Of a stretch of 64,000 nt of DNA, positions 1 to 14,700 are shown piece after piece. Origin of the DNA: Podarcis pityusensis (lineage: Eukaryota); the NCBI GenBank assembly GCA_964106645.2, contig OZ067040.1, one strand, 5' to 3'. Numbering within the stretch: the stretch's first letter is position 1; each line of letters starts with the position of its first letter. The notes under the pieces are model-generated. The model was not told the DNA's origin. It was given only the letters and a program-made list of their open reading frames with translations, and searched no databases. Position numbers and translations under genes: made by a program.

Positions 1-1979
1 GCATGTTTTAATTAAAAACTTTATTATTTTCATTTTCATTACAATTCACAGTTTATGCATGGCAAGAGAACCTTTCTTACCATGTCAACATTCAGAACAC
101 TGTGCTGGGAGAAATGGTGGGGAGGGGCCTTTCCTTTGATGAGCCTGGCCTGGTAATAGTTAATGGAACTTTGCTGATTTGAGATGTACACTCTCAGTAA
201 CTCTTCATTGATTGCTATTTACATTGATAACTTAAGATTTGTTAGAAAAGAAGATGAAGCATCCGTACATTTAACATTCATAGTTCATAATGCTATTCAA
301 TAATCAGACAGAATGGATTTGTTACTTGAATTGTGTCCAATTGAAGTCCCATTTTGCTTTAGATAATCAGAGCCAAGGATGCAGGCCTCAAACAGCTCTA
401 CAGATGCAAGCCTCTGATTTCAATGAAGTTTGCATCATAGTTATGCTTTGAGGATCAGGCTGCCTATTAATCTCTTAAGGGGTATTATATTTGTTTTATA
501 TACAGCCAGGATGAAATAGAATCAAACGGTGAAGGAAAATAAAAGACAATCCATTCCATTATTTAAAAATCCTGCATTCCTTCTGAATCTTGCACACACT
601 TAGAAACAAAAGACACAAGAGGCTATAAAATTAATGTTTTTTCCCCTCTTTAAAACAATTAAAGAAATCCCAAGGATTGGTTTCAGATCTGTGTATCAGC
701 CTATTCTACCCAAATATTCAATTATATTCAGATTGTGCTATTGGTCAACTGTTTTTCACGCCTGCATTTGTGTTCAGATACCGTCTATATTCTCGATGTA
801 GAAAGTCACAGTGATGCCAGTTTCAGCTGCATTCCCACTTTTAATCCCAGCTCCAGAATGGGCAAAAGCGTACGATGTAACATTCAGGAAAGCAATCAGC
901 AGGCGGGATCCCTGTGCTAAAATAGCGTATGGCATGACGTGGCTAAAACAATGAAAATTTCAAATCCTTATCTGCCAGCAGCATGGTGTTTAATAGAAAT
1001 GCTGATAATTCAGGATTGTTTCATGTTGATTCTGTGTAAAATGAGTCTTTTGATTGCACCAAGTTAATCTTACCTATCAAATCGATTAATAATACAAAAC
1101 TGAAGATTTTTGGTATATGATGCATGGGACTGAACTGCCAACTACGGCTTAAGTAACGAGACCTGAAATGGATCCATGAATTCTACAGGTCTGTTGAGTG
1201 TACATACTCTGCACCTGAGTAATAAAAAAAGAAAAGAAACCTACTTGCAGGGAGACACCTTTTGCAACCCTGGTAATTGCAGTGCCTTTAAAGCTAGACT
1301 TAGAAGCGGTGCTTTGATGTTTTTGGATTTGGCATCAGTTTCTTAATGCTGGTATCCTCAGCTTTAGACACCCTTAAAACATGATTGTTATGGTCTAGAT
1401 GAAATATCAAAATGAGATAATGTTACTCATGCAAGAACCAACCAACAAACGAACAAACAAAAAACCATTATGAGAGTTATAGAGGTTCTGTTTCTTTAAA
1501 AGATAAGGCACTGACAAAAATTTCTTAGGTAAAAGGCTGCATAAGATTTTCTTGCCATTTACATATAGATTGTAGTCCGTACATGGTCCGTTCCTAGGCT
1601 TGGTAAGGTAGACCCTGAAAAGTTTAAGGACCGATCCCTCAAAGCTACATTGTTAACCTAAACCAGCAGTATTCATTCTTAACGCCTTATGGCACATTAG
1701 GAGAGATGAAGAAACAGTCTGGGCACAAAAAAGGCATCAAACATTGCTTGTTCCAGCATTTGTCAATGACAGAAGTGCCATTCATTTTCTGTTTTTCAAG
1801 AGATACGATGGTGACTCTGAATCCTTATTGTGGGTGGATTTCTGTTGGAATTCATGCACATGATAAAAATAATGCTATTAGCATCAGTTATGGACAAGGG
1901 GGGGAAATATCAGGAACTACAAGGTAAAGTCTAAACCGTAGGCTTCTTCTTATTAAAAGATCAGGATTCAAAGTCAGTG
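1..1979 (-). other. KCNK2: Probable KCNK2 3' UTR
   Basis: Follows the stop codon, is AT-rich, and contains no repeat I recognised. Ends near an AATAAA at the window edge. Its extent is inferred. Confidence 0.6.
20..25 (-). terminator. Candidate KCNK2 polyadenylation signal (AATAAA)
   Basis: TTTATT on the + strand, ~1.95 kb downstream of the stop codon. Confidence 0.5.
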
Positions 1980-2297
1980 CTACTTAATGTTTTCAATGAC
2001 AGCAATCTCTTCTGCTGCACAGTGAGGAGTCAAGCCATTCATATAAATGCTGTCCGTCTTTGTGATGGCAGGCAAGAGGTCTTTCTCACTGGTGAGGTGG
2101 TTGACAGACAAGGTTCTCTTGCAAGGAGTCAGGTCTTGGCTGTGGTTCACTGCCATTTCTGCAGAGAGCTTCCTTTTGATGGAGGTAGCCCGCTGGAACT
2201 TGTCGTAAATCTCCACACTCAGGCGTCTACGTGTTTCTTTGAACTCTGCCGTGACATTGGCTGTCCATTCAGCTGCATGAGCTCTGAACTCTCCCAC
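1980..2297 (-). CDS. KCNK2: KCNK2/TREK-1 last coding exon (cytoplasmic C-terminus)
   Basis: Translates [47 protein letters not shown]...[10 protein letters not shown], the TREK-1 C-terminus. AG acceptor at 2298-2299 follows a polypyrimidine tract; TAG stop at 1980-1982. Confidence 0.97.
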   Translation of the reverse strand: MGEFRAHAAEWTANVTAEFKETRRRLSVEIYDKFQRATSIKRKLSAEMAVNHSQDLTPCKRTLSVNHLTSEKDLLPAITKTDSIYMNGLTPHCAAEEIAVIENIK

Positions 2298-3161
2298 CTA
2301 AAGAACAGAAGGAAGAAGGGGGGAGGGGGGAGAGATAGAAAGAGAGAAAGATTGGGAAAGAGAGAGGGGAGAAAGATAATGTCACTTTGCACTATAAAAA
2401 TCAATGCATCTATTAAATCTCCATAGGAACAAAAGTTGACCATAGGCTGCCCATTGGTATACCTTCTTTGTGCCCACAAATACTCCCTTTGATTGATGCC
2501 CAGACTTCTCATTATTTTGTTTCAGTGGAAGAATTTAGCTGCCATCTTCCTAATATAATAAAAAGGACACACAGCAACAGCTAAAAAACCTCCACAGCTA
2601 AAACATTTCACAGCTCTTTTTATAATTTTATCTAGGCCAGTGAGGTGAAATTGCCTTTAAAAATTAAGCCTCGACAGCTGAGAGGATCCCAGCTGCACAG
2701 GGAGCACTGAATTCCCAGCAATCCAGAGCGTGTGTTATGTGTTGTTACCAGGGGAGCTGTCGTGGTTATTTATGGACACCCTGGCAGTATGTGTAATGAT
2801 CCCTGTGAGACTTGACACAGGCGTTTCTAAATTTAGATGGAAAGGGCTTTTAAAAGAAAAATTTCAGCTGTCGCTGTTCTGTTTTTAGTGCACGTTCAAA
2901 CTGAGGATTAATGCAAGTGACAGTTTTAGTCAAGTCAGCAGAATGATTGCCAGTCTCTCCCTCCACTGCAGTAATAAGATTACTACGTGAAACTTGCAAG
3001 AGTGGTAGAATGAAGTGATCACTAACACTTTCAAATCATGCATATATGTATATCCCAGTGTGCAGGCATAATGATAAGTGTGGAAACTCATTTCTAAAAG
3101 TAATGTGAGCTAATATTTCTCTTTTGTACAATTTGAGGCTGCTATATGTGGGTGGGTGGGG

Positions 3162-3162
<1 letters not shown>

Positions 3163-3193
<31 letters not shown>
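3163..3193. repeat. (AC)n microsatellite
   Basis: Direct sequence. Confidence 0.9.
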
Positions 3194-3195
<2 letters not shown>

Positions 3196-6100
3196 TCTTG
3201 GTGTTGCAGCTAGCCATTTGCGCTGATGTTTTTTGCATTTATTATTTGAAATATTATTATTTTATATATTTATTTATATTCTGCTTTTTTCCAAATGTAA
3301 TTGAAAGGAACATGCAATATATTTAAAGTAAAACAACAACAATATGACAGCAATCAATCGCTACCAACAAATCAAAGCCATCAGTAGATTAAAACTGGCT
3401 GAAACAGCCAAAGGTTTAACAGCCAAAGGATCAGCAATCAACTCTTAGATCTAAGGTATAAGGTAGCTTCCTAGGTTTCTTCCTAAGGGCTTTATAGATG
3501 GATGGCAACACTTTGAATCAGGCCTGGTAACAAATTGGCAGCCGGTGCAGGCAAATGGAGCAGAGGTGTAATATGCTGACAGGGTCTCATGCCTGTCAGC
3601 AATTTTGCTGCAGCATAATGCACAAGTTGCAGTTCCTAGACCAAGCACAAGAGATGCCTCAATGCAGTAATCCACACAGGGTGCATTGCAGTAAAAGTTG
3701 CCAGTACAAGATGATTGCATTCTTTTATTTCTTAACACCATACATATCAATCACTCTCTCTTTCTGTTTTTGCGATAAACTTGTTAATTCTTTTATTCTA
3801 ATACTTGTCTCTTATCTGCTTGCTAATTCCCTGATAACTAGTGCTATTTTAAGTTCCCTTGGTTCTGTTGCATGCAGCAACTCTGAGCTCAAGACCTGAA
3901 AATACATGTTTTGTTTGGGTACATGAATACTTGTGCGTGCACATGCAAGTGTAGACAAAGGCACACAGTAACATTCTTGATGAAGCCACTCATGTATCCA
4001 ATGTGCGTTGGTTCATAATAAGATACTGATTTTTATGGTCACTCCATTAAAGTTGGGAGCAGATAACGCACGGGCATTTTTACTTAAAACCCATTTGATT
4101 TATTTTCATGATTCATTAAGTTTAGAAAAGAGGTGTCAGACTGCTGCTTTAATCACTTCAAAGTGAATCTCTTTATAGTAATTACTGCACTTAAATAAAT
4201 TAGCCTAATTGTTGAATTTTCAGTCATTGGCTGAAACGGAGATTAGCAAGAACGTATGTTTCGCCAAAGTTTATAAAAAAATAAAGCAACGTGAATTATG
4301 AAGCATTCACTATTCAAAGTTGCATTGTCTGACCTTAAATAGAAAGAACCAGGGTTACAGATTTTGATAAACTACAATAAATTTATTGCGGAGATAGCTT
4401 GCCAAAGGTGCTTTGCAGTAGTGGCCAGCGAGGTGGTGTGAATTGGGCTGCGTTGAAGACCCAGCTTCTCAATGCTGCACAATGCTACCAGTTAACAAGA
4501 AGAAAAGGAGGAAGGACAAGGCAGTGGGGGAGCTCCGTGTGATGTGGGCACAGCAGGTGAAAGCACTGGATTGGCTCCATGGTTGCAGCTGCACCACACC
4601 AAGTTCCCCACTGTCTTGCCCTTCCCCATCTTGGTAAGTAGCAGCAATGTGCACCATTGGGAAGTCAGGAAGGCAATGTAGCTGCACCCACACAGCCTCA
4701 CCAGCTGGTATTGGCTCTACCATTGAGTAGGGTGGCCACTCACACATTGCCAAGGGACCCTCTGGAATGGTGTGTGATGGGGCATGGAAGGGTTGCAGCA
4801 GGCTGAGGAAAGTCAGCAGGGCTGCCTTGTGCAAGCAAAGAGCCTTTCCGCTCCTGCAAAACATCTCTGGATCCACGCCAGTGTGTTTTTAAATCCTATT
4901 TTCTATTCTGTATAGCATCCAGGATCATATGAAAAATTAATCAGCAGTCATACTGTTTCTTTTTCAGGTCTCCCCTCGATGGCAAATTGAAAACATGTAC
5001 CTTCCATTTACAAAATTCCTTCTGTGATGGTTCCTGATTTAAAAGGGTCCAGGCATTTTCACAACTAAAGTTGCTAATAAAAGCAAACAGAAGTCAAAAG
5101 CCACACTCTAGAGAAGATTAAAAACACATTAAGTCCCTTTGAAATTAATGAGGCCAGTATCTGCACTTAATGCAGTTTGAATTTAGTGACATGATACTTG
5201 CCAATTTCTGAACTGTTCCTTCAGGGTTTCCCCAGTACCACCACTTATGCTGTTATAATGGAACGTGAAAATGTCACTGACAATCTGGACTGTTATATTT
5301 CAAGACAATGTGCAAAGCCTCCTGGATTTAGAATGAGATGTTATTAGACTTGCTTTGTTTTGGATACCACCTTTCTTCTCTGTCACCATCCCATACCTGA
5401 GTTCAGGCCAGATCTTGAACTGAACATCCTGAAGTGACCCCTTATTTTGTTGTTGCTAAAGAAACAGTTGGCTATGCCACAGGAACTATTCATAAACTCT
5501 GCAGACTGCTTGGTCACACATCCAGGAGATGACAGAAAGTTACATCTCCCCAAATTACTGTACAGTTGGAGGAGGGGGCTCAACCATCTATATTCACACC
5601 ATTTGTATAGATGGCTTTGCACTCAATGGGTCTCTGAAAAACTCCAAAAGCGCTGGCACTCCTTATCACATTGCAATAACATGCAAAGCAAAGTGTATGT
5701 CCATGTCTTCTTTCAACATGGAAATTCTGTAGGGTGTGGTACCAAAAGCACAATTTCCCTAGGTGATCTAAGGTCTATAAAGGGGAAGGTGGTTTCTCAG
5801 GTAACTTGGTCCAGATCTTGAGCAATCTAATTCTCAGAGTTCTTAGTCATATGGTGCCTCTGAGGCCTGTTTCTTGATTACCTTCTGTAAGTTTTAATAG
5901 TAATTTTTGTAATAAAATGGAGTTCAGGTGTTTTTGGTGGTGCCTTTGGGCAGAAGTAACTCACAGAATAAAAAGGTGATAGGGATTTAGTGCCGCACAC
6001 TATTAAGGCACTCCCATTTCCTTTTGATTCTTGGGTTACTTGTATATATAGTGGTGTCATGCTTCTCTATTGCATCTGATTGGAGAAAGTTGGCATCACA

Positions 6101-6589
6101 GTTGCTGGAAGTAACAATGAGCAAGACTATTGCTCTGGACTCTAATTCTTCTGTGCCCTCAAATGCACTCAAAGAAAATGTTACCTTTTCAAAATACAAG
6201 TGGCTTTCCCATGTATTGCTAAAGACATAAGCTCAAGAGGTTACTGATGGAGGGCTGCACAATTTTCAGACTGCCAGAGCTCATAAACAACAAGCTCTTG
6301 TAATTAAATTCCTCCTCCTCTTTATAACAATGTTTTGGTGAGAGTTCAGCTTCCTTCCCCCCCCCCCCCGAGGTATGACATTTTCTCATAGTACACTCAA
6401 TTTTACCTTAATTTGTAGCGTAGAAGTCAGTCTGTAGCTGATGCTAAGTGATTAAAATGCCAGTTGTTTGGGATTTTGTACTGAAGACCCAAACATTTGT
6501 ACATGCGCATCATACAACAGCAAGGGCAATCTAACTTCTTTCATTGAACCTCTTTTGGTTTATTAATGATACAGAATCCAGTACTAAAG

Positions 6590-8669
6590 GTTTTTTTTTA
6601 AAATAATATTTATTGATAATTTCAGAATTACAAGAAAAATAAAAAACAAAAAACAACACTACAATACAAAAAAAGAAAACAATAAAAAAGAGAAAAGCAC
6701 AAAATATAAAAACCAATACAACAATACAGCAAAAGAAAGTAAAAAAGAAGAAAAAAAACACAAATCCCAAATTGCATATGCATAATTTCCATTTGCTTGT
6801 TTCATTGACCTCCTCACACCTCCGTTTTTGTGTTCTAGTTTAGTAATTATTTCAGCAAATTCTTTCCATCTTTCTCAATTTTTGTTATAAAATTTATCTT
6901 AACAATTTAACCTAATAATTAACTCAACAAATCCTTACCATCTTTCCCCATATTCTGTTATTCAGATTACCTTAATTTATTTAACCTTATCTTACCCCTA
7001 AGTACCTTAGAACTTAAATCTTAGTTTTCAAATATACATAGCTCCTGATATCATTTCTGCTAGAGTCGTATAGTTTCATTCCCACATTTTCCCTAATATT
7101 CATTAGCTGATTCTAAAATAAAAAATTTCCATTATAAATTCTCTTCCAATCATCATCCAGTGTCTCTTCTTCCTGGTCTCGGGTCATGTCAGTCCTTACT
7201 GTCCATTCCATCTAGTCCATCAACCTGGAAGCCTTATGTCCGAGGCCCTTAAATCTCTTCCATGTCCCTTCTGCAATTCTTCTTCATCTTGTTTGTGCTT
7301 GCCCTTTTCCTTGTCTTTTGTTGGTCTCTGTCTTAGTTTCTTTCCTTTCTCATTGAAGAGTAGGTCTCTGGGGGATTCCAACCCAAAATTGTCTCCATCA
7401 CCCTTCATCCAGCTCGCCCATTCCCCACAGTCCCACTCCCCACAGTCCTCGATATAATCCAAAATGTATTTAAAATCAAATTTCAAGGTCTCTCCAAAGC
7501 TAGGAACCTACTCATCTCCAGACTCCCCTTGGCCCACTCCAACTTCAATCTTCAATAACAGCGGTTTATGCTCCTGTAGGGCCTCGGGTCTCTCCATTTG
7601 TACTATTTGAGGTGCAGCAGCATCCTCCTCCATTGTCATCTGCACTTGCCCAGTCAGTACAGATTGATAGGTTGGTTCTTGGATGATTTCTGTATCAATG
7701 TTATTAACCACAACAGTCAAATCCATTTTCTCATTCATCAAGTCCATCTTCTCATGCATCTGTTCCAGCAAAGCATTTGTCTTGCATAAAGCAAGCACCC
7801 AGTCTTTCTCCCAGCTCATCTTTGTTCAAGGTCAGAAAAGACTGTTCCCACAGTCTTAATCTCACAGATGTTGGGTCTCAAATATGCTGCAGCAACAATT
7901 TAGCAAGCTCCCTCTAGAGGAGACAATCTACTTGTATCCATTTTTTTTTTTTGAAGACAGGAAAGTTACTTTCATTTTTCAGATATTTCAGATGTTTTTC
8001 AGGTATTTTGTTTCTTTAAAATGCAAAAGGCAACATTAGAATCAACTTGTTTCTCTTCATTAGCTATCTGTCAAAGTGTTACGTTCACAGTCAATGAACC
8101 TCTCCAACAGTTTCTGTCTCTGACACCCCGTTCCCAGGTTAGAGACGGTGGAAACTTATCCTTCTTCACTCCCTCTCCTGCTGGGGTTAAACAGAGTCCC
8201 CCCCCCTTTTCTCCTGCTTCCAAGGGGGGTTTCAGTGATTCTAAATGTAGGAAATTTAGTCTTTTTTAACAGCTTCCCGGCTTTAGCTTGCAAAATTTTT
8301 GCTTTAGTCTATATACAAAAAAGCGGAAGGCGGACTTCCTGTTTGCACCTTCCCGCTTCGATACCAAATTAATACAATTTCTTGATCCAATTTTCCGTTT
8401 CTACTCACAGGTACTTGTTTTAAGTCCAATTGTCCACAGGAAAAAGTCAGCGCTCTCTGGCAATGGTTGTGCGGCTTCACTCCGTGAAAGTAGCAGTCAG
8501 TTCGTAGCACCTCGCTTCTCACCCCACTTTGCTCCGGAGCCCCTAGATGGGATTCCCCGCGAGTAGGGGGGTGCTTCTGGTGCCCTGCCAAACCCCACGT
8601 TCCCAGGCTTCCTCCGCCTGACCCAGAAGTCCCAGAATCCAGTACTAAATGGCGCTGACCCGGAAGTCC
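6590..8669 (-). mobile_element. Non-autonomous L1-type retroelement, copy A (~2.1 kb)
   Basis: 18-bp TSD CAGAATCCAGTACTAAAG (6572-6589, 8670-8687). AATAAA and A-tail at the 6590 end; GC-rich 5' end starting GGACTTCCGGGTCAG. Colinear with 35325-37474. Confidence 0.85.
7220..7819 (-). pseudogene. ORF of non-autonomous L1-type copy A, broken by one in-frame TAG
   Basis: Track ORFs 7508-7819 and 7220-7486 share a frame and together match the 205-aa ORF at 36236-36853. Main differences: GAG>TAG at 7508-7510 and an 18-bp in-frame deletion. Confidence 0.75.
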
Positions 8670-8953
8670 CAGAATCCAGTACTAAAGTTATTTATGTCCA
8701 CACATACAAACACACACGTACACTTTATTCTGGAAAATATTTTCTTTACAGATATGCTGCTACTCTCTAAAAACTGGGATGAATGATTGGAGTTCAAATA
8801 TATATTTAAATAAACATATATGAGAATAACTTTCTGAAAGCATATTAGCCATTCTATACAATAGTAGCTGCCTAGAGAGTTTATAATGTACAAGTGGATT
8901 CAAATGTAAATAATAGGGGCAAATGTAAGTACAAAGCCTGCTTCAAGTGATTT

Positions 8954-9462
8954 TTGTTGTTTAGTCATTTAGTCGTGTCCGACTCTTCATGACCCCATGG
9001 ACCAGAGCACGCCAGGCACTCCTGTCTTCCACTGCCTCCCGCAGTTTGGTCAAACTCATGCTGGTAGCTTCGAGAACACTATCCAACCATCTCGTCCTCT
9101 GTTGTCCCCTTCTCCTTGTGCCCTCCATCTTTCCCAACATCAGGGTGTTTTCCAAGGAGTCTTCTCTTCTCATGAGGTGGCCAAAGTATTGGATCCTCAG
9201 CTTCACGATCTGTCCTTCCACTCAGGGCTGATTTCCTTCAGAATGGATAGGTTTGATCTTCTTGCAGTCCATGGAACTCTCAAGAGTCTCCTCCAGCACC
9301 ATAATTCAAAAGCATCAATTCTTCGGCGATCATCCTTCTTTATGGTCCAGCTTTCACTTCCATACATCACTACTGGGAAAACCATAGCTTTTACTATACG
9401 GACCTTTGTTGGCAAGGTGATGTCTCTACTTTTTAAGATGCTGTCTAGGTTTGTCATTGCTT
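8954..9462 (-). mobile_element. BovB (RTE) LINE, 5'-truncated
   Basis: RT C-terminus (DITLPTKVRIVKAMVFPVVMYGSESW...FELWCWRR), (CAA)n-type tail, TSD TTCAAGTGATTT (8942-8953, 9463-9474). Confidence 0.92.
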
Positions 9463-11444
9463 TTCAAGTGATTTAACCTTTTAAAATCTAAGAGCAGAAT
9501 GTTCTTTATTGTCCGTATGGAATTGTCTCCCCTGTGTCCTGTCCAGTCTGTAAGGGAGGTGGGAGACCACTTTCAGGCAGAGAGCCAGATCCAAAAGTAG
9601 CTAAACCTTCCAATCCAACTTCCATAGCAGATCTGATGCCTGTTACAAGCAGTATGGCTTGTATTGGCGCTAAATGCTGAATGCAAGCCACATCTGAAAA
9701 GGAATAATCAGGAGGTGCCTGACTGTTCCTTTGCAGTTGTCTGTCCTGGGCTTGATGTCCTATGTCATTACTTGAGTGGCCGGTGGGCATGGCCTAGTCA
9801 CACAGCCTTGTGTGCCTAACAGAACTGTCCTAAATGAACAACTGAATGAAGTAACTCATAGACATCCTTGTTACAAAATGCATATGATTTTCAATGTGAA
9901 GTTTGAGATGCTTTCAGTGTACTGAACTCCCTCTTTTATAATTTCTAACAATTATGACTAATGCATTGTCTGAAGCTCTGAAATCATTTTTGCTGATGTA
10001 GTTGTCAGTTATTTAAAAATAAAACTTCCCATTAACCTCCTGAGGATACAGCAGTCTAACTAGAAAGAATAATTTAAGTGTCACATTATCCATGCAGAAG
10101 ACTAGAGTACAGAATGTTTTGTCTTTCCCTTCAAAAATCTTTTTTTCAACATCTCAGGAGCAGCTAAGTTTGCCTCTGTTTCTGAAAACAGATGGGCTCA
10201 GATGGAATCACTAGAAAGCAGGGTGATTGCTGGGGTACTTGTGCCAATTTATTGTTTGGCTAGGAAAGCTGTTCCACTTTTAGTTCACTTGTCTTTGAAG
10301 ACTGCCAGCGAGATTAATTTCTGAAAAAACTGAAACTAGCAGGACACTCCAATGTCTTTTTAAAAGTTTCCAGCTCTTTTGGTTGCAGACAAAAGCATAA
10401 AATTATGACTTCAATAGGGCCTAATGGTTCAGAAAGCAAATAAAGGAACCTGTGTTTCTTTTAAAATCCATCTGGGTGATTATGAGGGATGGGAATAAAT
10501 TTCGAACACACAAGCTAACCATCTATTGCTTTACTGATGGTCAAGCAGGTCCCGGAACACTAATGTTCCATCAAGAACCCTCTTGTTCCTCTGATGAGGT
10601 TACCATGAACAAAAGGCTGTGGGTTTTGTTCAATACACGAAAGAGCCATCCAGTTTCCTGGCTGATTCAGGCTCCATAATTCCAAAACTTCCGCACATTT
10701 CCACGTTCTTTCTGTTGTTATTTGGAGAATAATCCTTCAAGTTTGAAAGGAAAGGAGAAGAAGCAGGCCGCCCCAATAATCTAACTCCAATGCTTACCCT
10801 ACACTCATACCCAAAACTTGCAGCAGAATGATGACCCACATGCTTACTTCAACATCTCTTCCCTAAATCATGGTGACTGGAGTGCACTGTGATTAAAAGT
10901 GGCACCAGTCCATCAAAATGAAAGGTATGCAAACCTCTCCATCCCCTTCGCTCTTGAGCTCTGGGTGTTTCCCCAGTCAGCTTGGTTTCGATTCACAAAA
11001 AAATTAAAGGTAGTGGGAAATGACTGCATTTAAGCTTATGAAAAAAGGAGGCAACTGAGAAGATTAGGTAGTCTCTGCTCTATCTCAATATGCCTTGTTA
11101 ATGGCACAATCTGACTTCGTAACCTGAAAAGCCACTCCAAATCAACCCTAATTGCCTGGTTATTTGGGGTACACAAACAGCCACTCCTGTTAATCACAGT
11201 CCTCAGGGACTGGGCAGAGATAGACGTCACCTGGAAGCAGCAATCAGCAGTGACTTGAAAGCAGATACCTGGACCAAAGGTGAAGTATGACAAGGAAAAG
11301 AAGCGGTAAGGCAGGAAGTTGACCAGATACATAAACTTCAGTACTATGGACAGCTCCTTATAAGGAAAAAACCACCACCCTGTTCTGTAAATCTATGGAG
11401 AAGAACATAGATAGGCCTGTGACATGTCAAAATACCATTCCCTT

Positions 11445-11784
11445 AAAGATAAAGGTAAAGGGACCCCTGACCATTAGGTCCAGTCGCGGACGACTCTGGG
11501 GTTGCGGCACTCATCTCACTTTACTGGCCGAGGGAGCTGGCATACAGCTTCCGGGTCATGTGGCCAGCATGACTAAGCCTCTTCTGGTGAACCAGAGCAG
11601 CACACAGAAACACTGGTCACCTTCCCGGCAGAGCGCTACCTATTTATCTACTTGCACTTCGTGCTTTCGAACTGCTAGGTTGGCAGGAGTAGGGACCGAG
11701 CAACAGGAGCTCACCCCATCGTGGGGATTCAAACCGCCAACCTTCTGATCGGCAAGCCCTAGGCTCTGTGGTTTAACCCACAGC
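11445..11784 (-). mobile_element. Sauria SINE
   Basis: tRNA-like head (GGCGGTTTGAATCCC B-box on the minus strand) and (ACCTTT)n tail; similar to four other copies in the window. Confidence 0.85.
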
Positions 11785-14700
11785 TGGCCTTTAATCTAGT
11801 ACACCTCTGGAGTTCTGTCATCTCCTGGAGAGTCTATTGTTGTTTCAGTCAAGAGAGAATAAATGAATATGGAGTCTTGGGCAATTGAAAGGTTGGCTCT
11901 TCAGATAACTCAGATGATCTGGTCTACTAATGCCAAACTCACAATGATTGGGGGGCTGTTCTGCTGTACTGGAGTCCATAATCTGCTGTCCCCAAAGGAG
12001 GCTATTTCCTTTCTATGGGGGCCATGTTACCAGGAGCTCCTAGAGCTCCAACTTAGCAGGTAGTTGTACCCACCCTGTGGATTCCCCTCGGGCCAGATGC
12101 CAAAGAGATAAACAATTATGTGATTTGGGGGGGACATGTGAAGGCAGCCCTGTTTCAGGAAGCTGTTAATGTTTGATATTGTGTCGTGTTCTTTTCCACT
12201 CTGTTGGAAGCTGCCCAAAGTGGCTGGGGCAACCCAGTTAGAGGGGTGGGGTACCAGAAATAAATCACTAAATGGCATATGCAATGGCTGCAATATGCAG
12301 TTCATTGGTTCACCATGCAGGTGAACTGCATTTTGCAACCTCAGCATAGGTGGCCACACACAAACTCTAACAACAACAACAACCCTGAACAGACCCCCAC
12401 TCACCCAGAATAGCTCTTTGATAAACCTGGAGGGGAAGGAGAATAAACTGTTTTTCCAGTGAAGACTTGCTTGAGCATCAATGTCTTACTCAGTTTGCTT
12501 TTGTATGTTCCTGTCAACATGGGAACTAGGTAACTAAGGATTATCTGCTCCCATATGAATCTGTCCAATAACCAATATCTTCTTTTGATACCTTTTGTCT
12601 TGAGTCCAAACTTCAGAAGTCAGACATGTGGCAACTGGAGAGAGTTTTCTGTACCCTAGTAGCAAAATACCTTTCCAAGCAACATTTGTCTGGCACCCAT
12701 TCTGAATTGTTTTAGGTGACAGGTTAAAACTATTTGATGTAATGAATTTCAGTGCTACTTTTGAGATATTCATTGTTGTTTCATTGATCTGTGCTGTGTT
12801 CTGATGGTTTAGTGAGATTGTAACTGGTAATTGTATTGTATTGCATTTTGTTGTATTTAATAATTGTATTGTATTGTATTATAATTGTATTGTATTTTAA
12901 TGAAGTTGGGTGATATCAAATCTTATTCATACATGGTTGGCTATCACCGGGGGGCATTAAAGAAGTTACAATTTTTTTAAAAATGTAAAGGCTATGTATA
13001 AATTCATTGAATAAAAAATACAATAGCCTACAGCATATCACATGCAGAATTACTGAAAATTCACCACTACTACACCTTCTTAACACAAAGCATTTTTTGG
13101 CATTTTAAATGCACTCTCATGTGCAATTCACCTCTCATTGAAATCAATGACAAAGTTCTCAGGGCTAAACTACTAATGATATCAAAATGGATAAACTGAA
13201 GTGTGGGAGTGGTGTTATAAGAATTTTAAAGCATACAGCATTGCATTTCTCTAACAGTAAAATGTAAAATGTTTGAAAACATTGTTCTCATTATTCGTAA
13301 AAAGGCTATTTTTAAAAAGGACATTTGGGTTATTTCCCTTCAGACTTGTTCATGAGATTAATATAGTGTTGGTGGCTGATCTCACATATGATACAGACAT
13401 CAAAGAGCAGAAGTTAATATATGCCTAAATGCTCAATATCCTTCATCAAAGAGCATAAGGTTTAATGTTCCAGCTACACAATACACACTATTACTAAATA
13501 CCAAAAGACAGAGTATGTCTTACGGTTGGCAAGTTTCTATTTCTTTCTATATATAAGAACCTTTGAATAGAAATTCATATTCAGGAATTAATATACTGTA
13601 TATAATATATAAACATACACATATATTCAACCTCTCTGTCTGCCCCAGAACCCCGAGTTGCAAAAAAGCCAAACCCTGCTTCGTGACCTCCTTGGCTGGA
13701 TTGTGTCCGTGAACTCTGATAACACTTAGCTACAGAATAAGGCTTGTCTGCAGAAAGTAGCCTACTGTATAAGGGCAAATTTTGCATGTGTTGCTCTGCC
13801 TACTTTATGGTCCCAACACCTAAAAAAGATTGTCCACAAGGGAACGTGGCCCTCAAACAGACAAAGTTCCCCTACTTCTGACTTAAGATAATATCATCCT
13901 TGTCAATGATAATAATGAATGAAGTCCAATCTCCATGCTACTTACTTTACAGTATTACAAAATGGAGGACTACATGATTTGAAAACTGCATATTAAGGAA
14001 ATGAGGCACTCCGCTGCCTCTGAAATTGAGCTTCATCAGAAATCTCATTCCAGCTAATTAAGCTTCTTGATCTTAGCATATTTTTGATAGGCAATTGAGT
14101 GATCAATGTGTGTTGTACAGCCCTTGATTGCCCAGGAAAATGAACTACAAGGGACAACACCTATTAAAACAAACCAATGGGCCACAATATCAAAAGAGCA
14201 AATTGGTGCTTGAGTAATTGAATAGTATAATAAAGAACATGAAACCCCTGAGAGGGAGTAATGCTAAAAATGAACGCTAGAGACATGAGGCTGCCATAAC
14301 GTATGGACTACATTCGTCTTGTTTAGTAACAAACAGTCTTACAAGCAATAAATGCTTTATTATATATCCATTTGCCTCTCTCTTCTGCACTTGTGAACGT
14401 AAGGAAGATTATATTGTTTCTCAGACTTCTGATAAGCAAGGCACACTTTTTCTGTTTTGAGATGGAAAGCACAATTCACTGTTACACGTAGGGTGGTTTA
14501 CTTTTACAAGGTGTAAATATTACCCATCCTCAGAGGAGCCTACACCATGATTGGAAGCAAGCAAGCTAAAGCTAAAAATTTGTGACAGGCAGCTTCCTCT
14601 GAGGACCGGATAATTGAGGTGCATTTCTCCTTTAGGAGTGATTGAACAGTCCAGTCACAGTGGATATGAAGACTTAATAGAATTATATGTGCCATGTAGA

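Noticed and set aside
1977-2426. 149-aa plus-strand ORF
   Set aside because: Antisense shadow of the KCNK2 last exon and its polypyrimidine tract.
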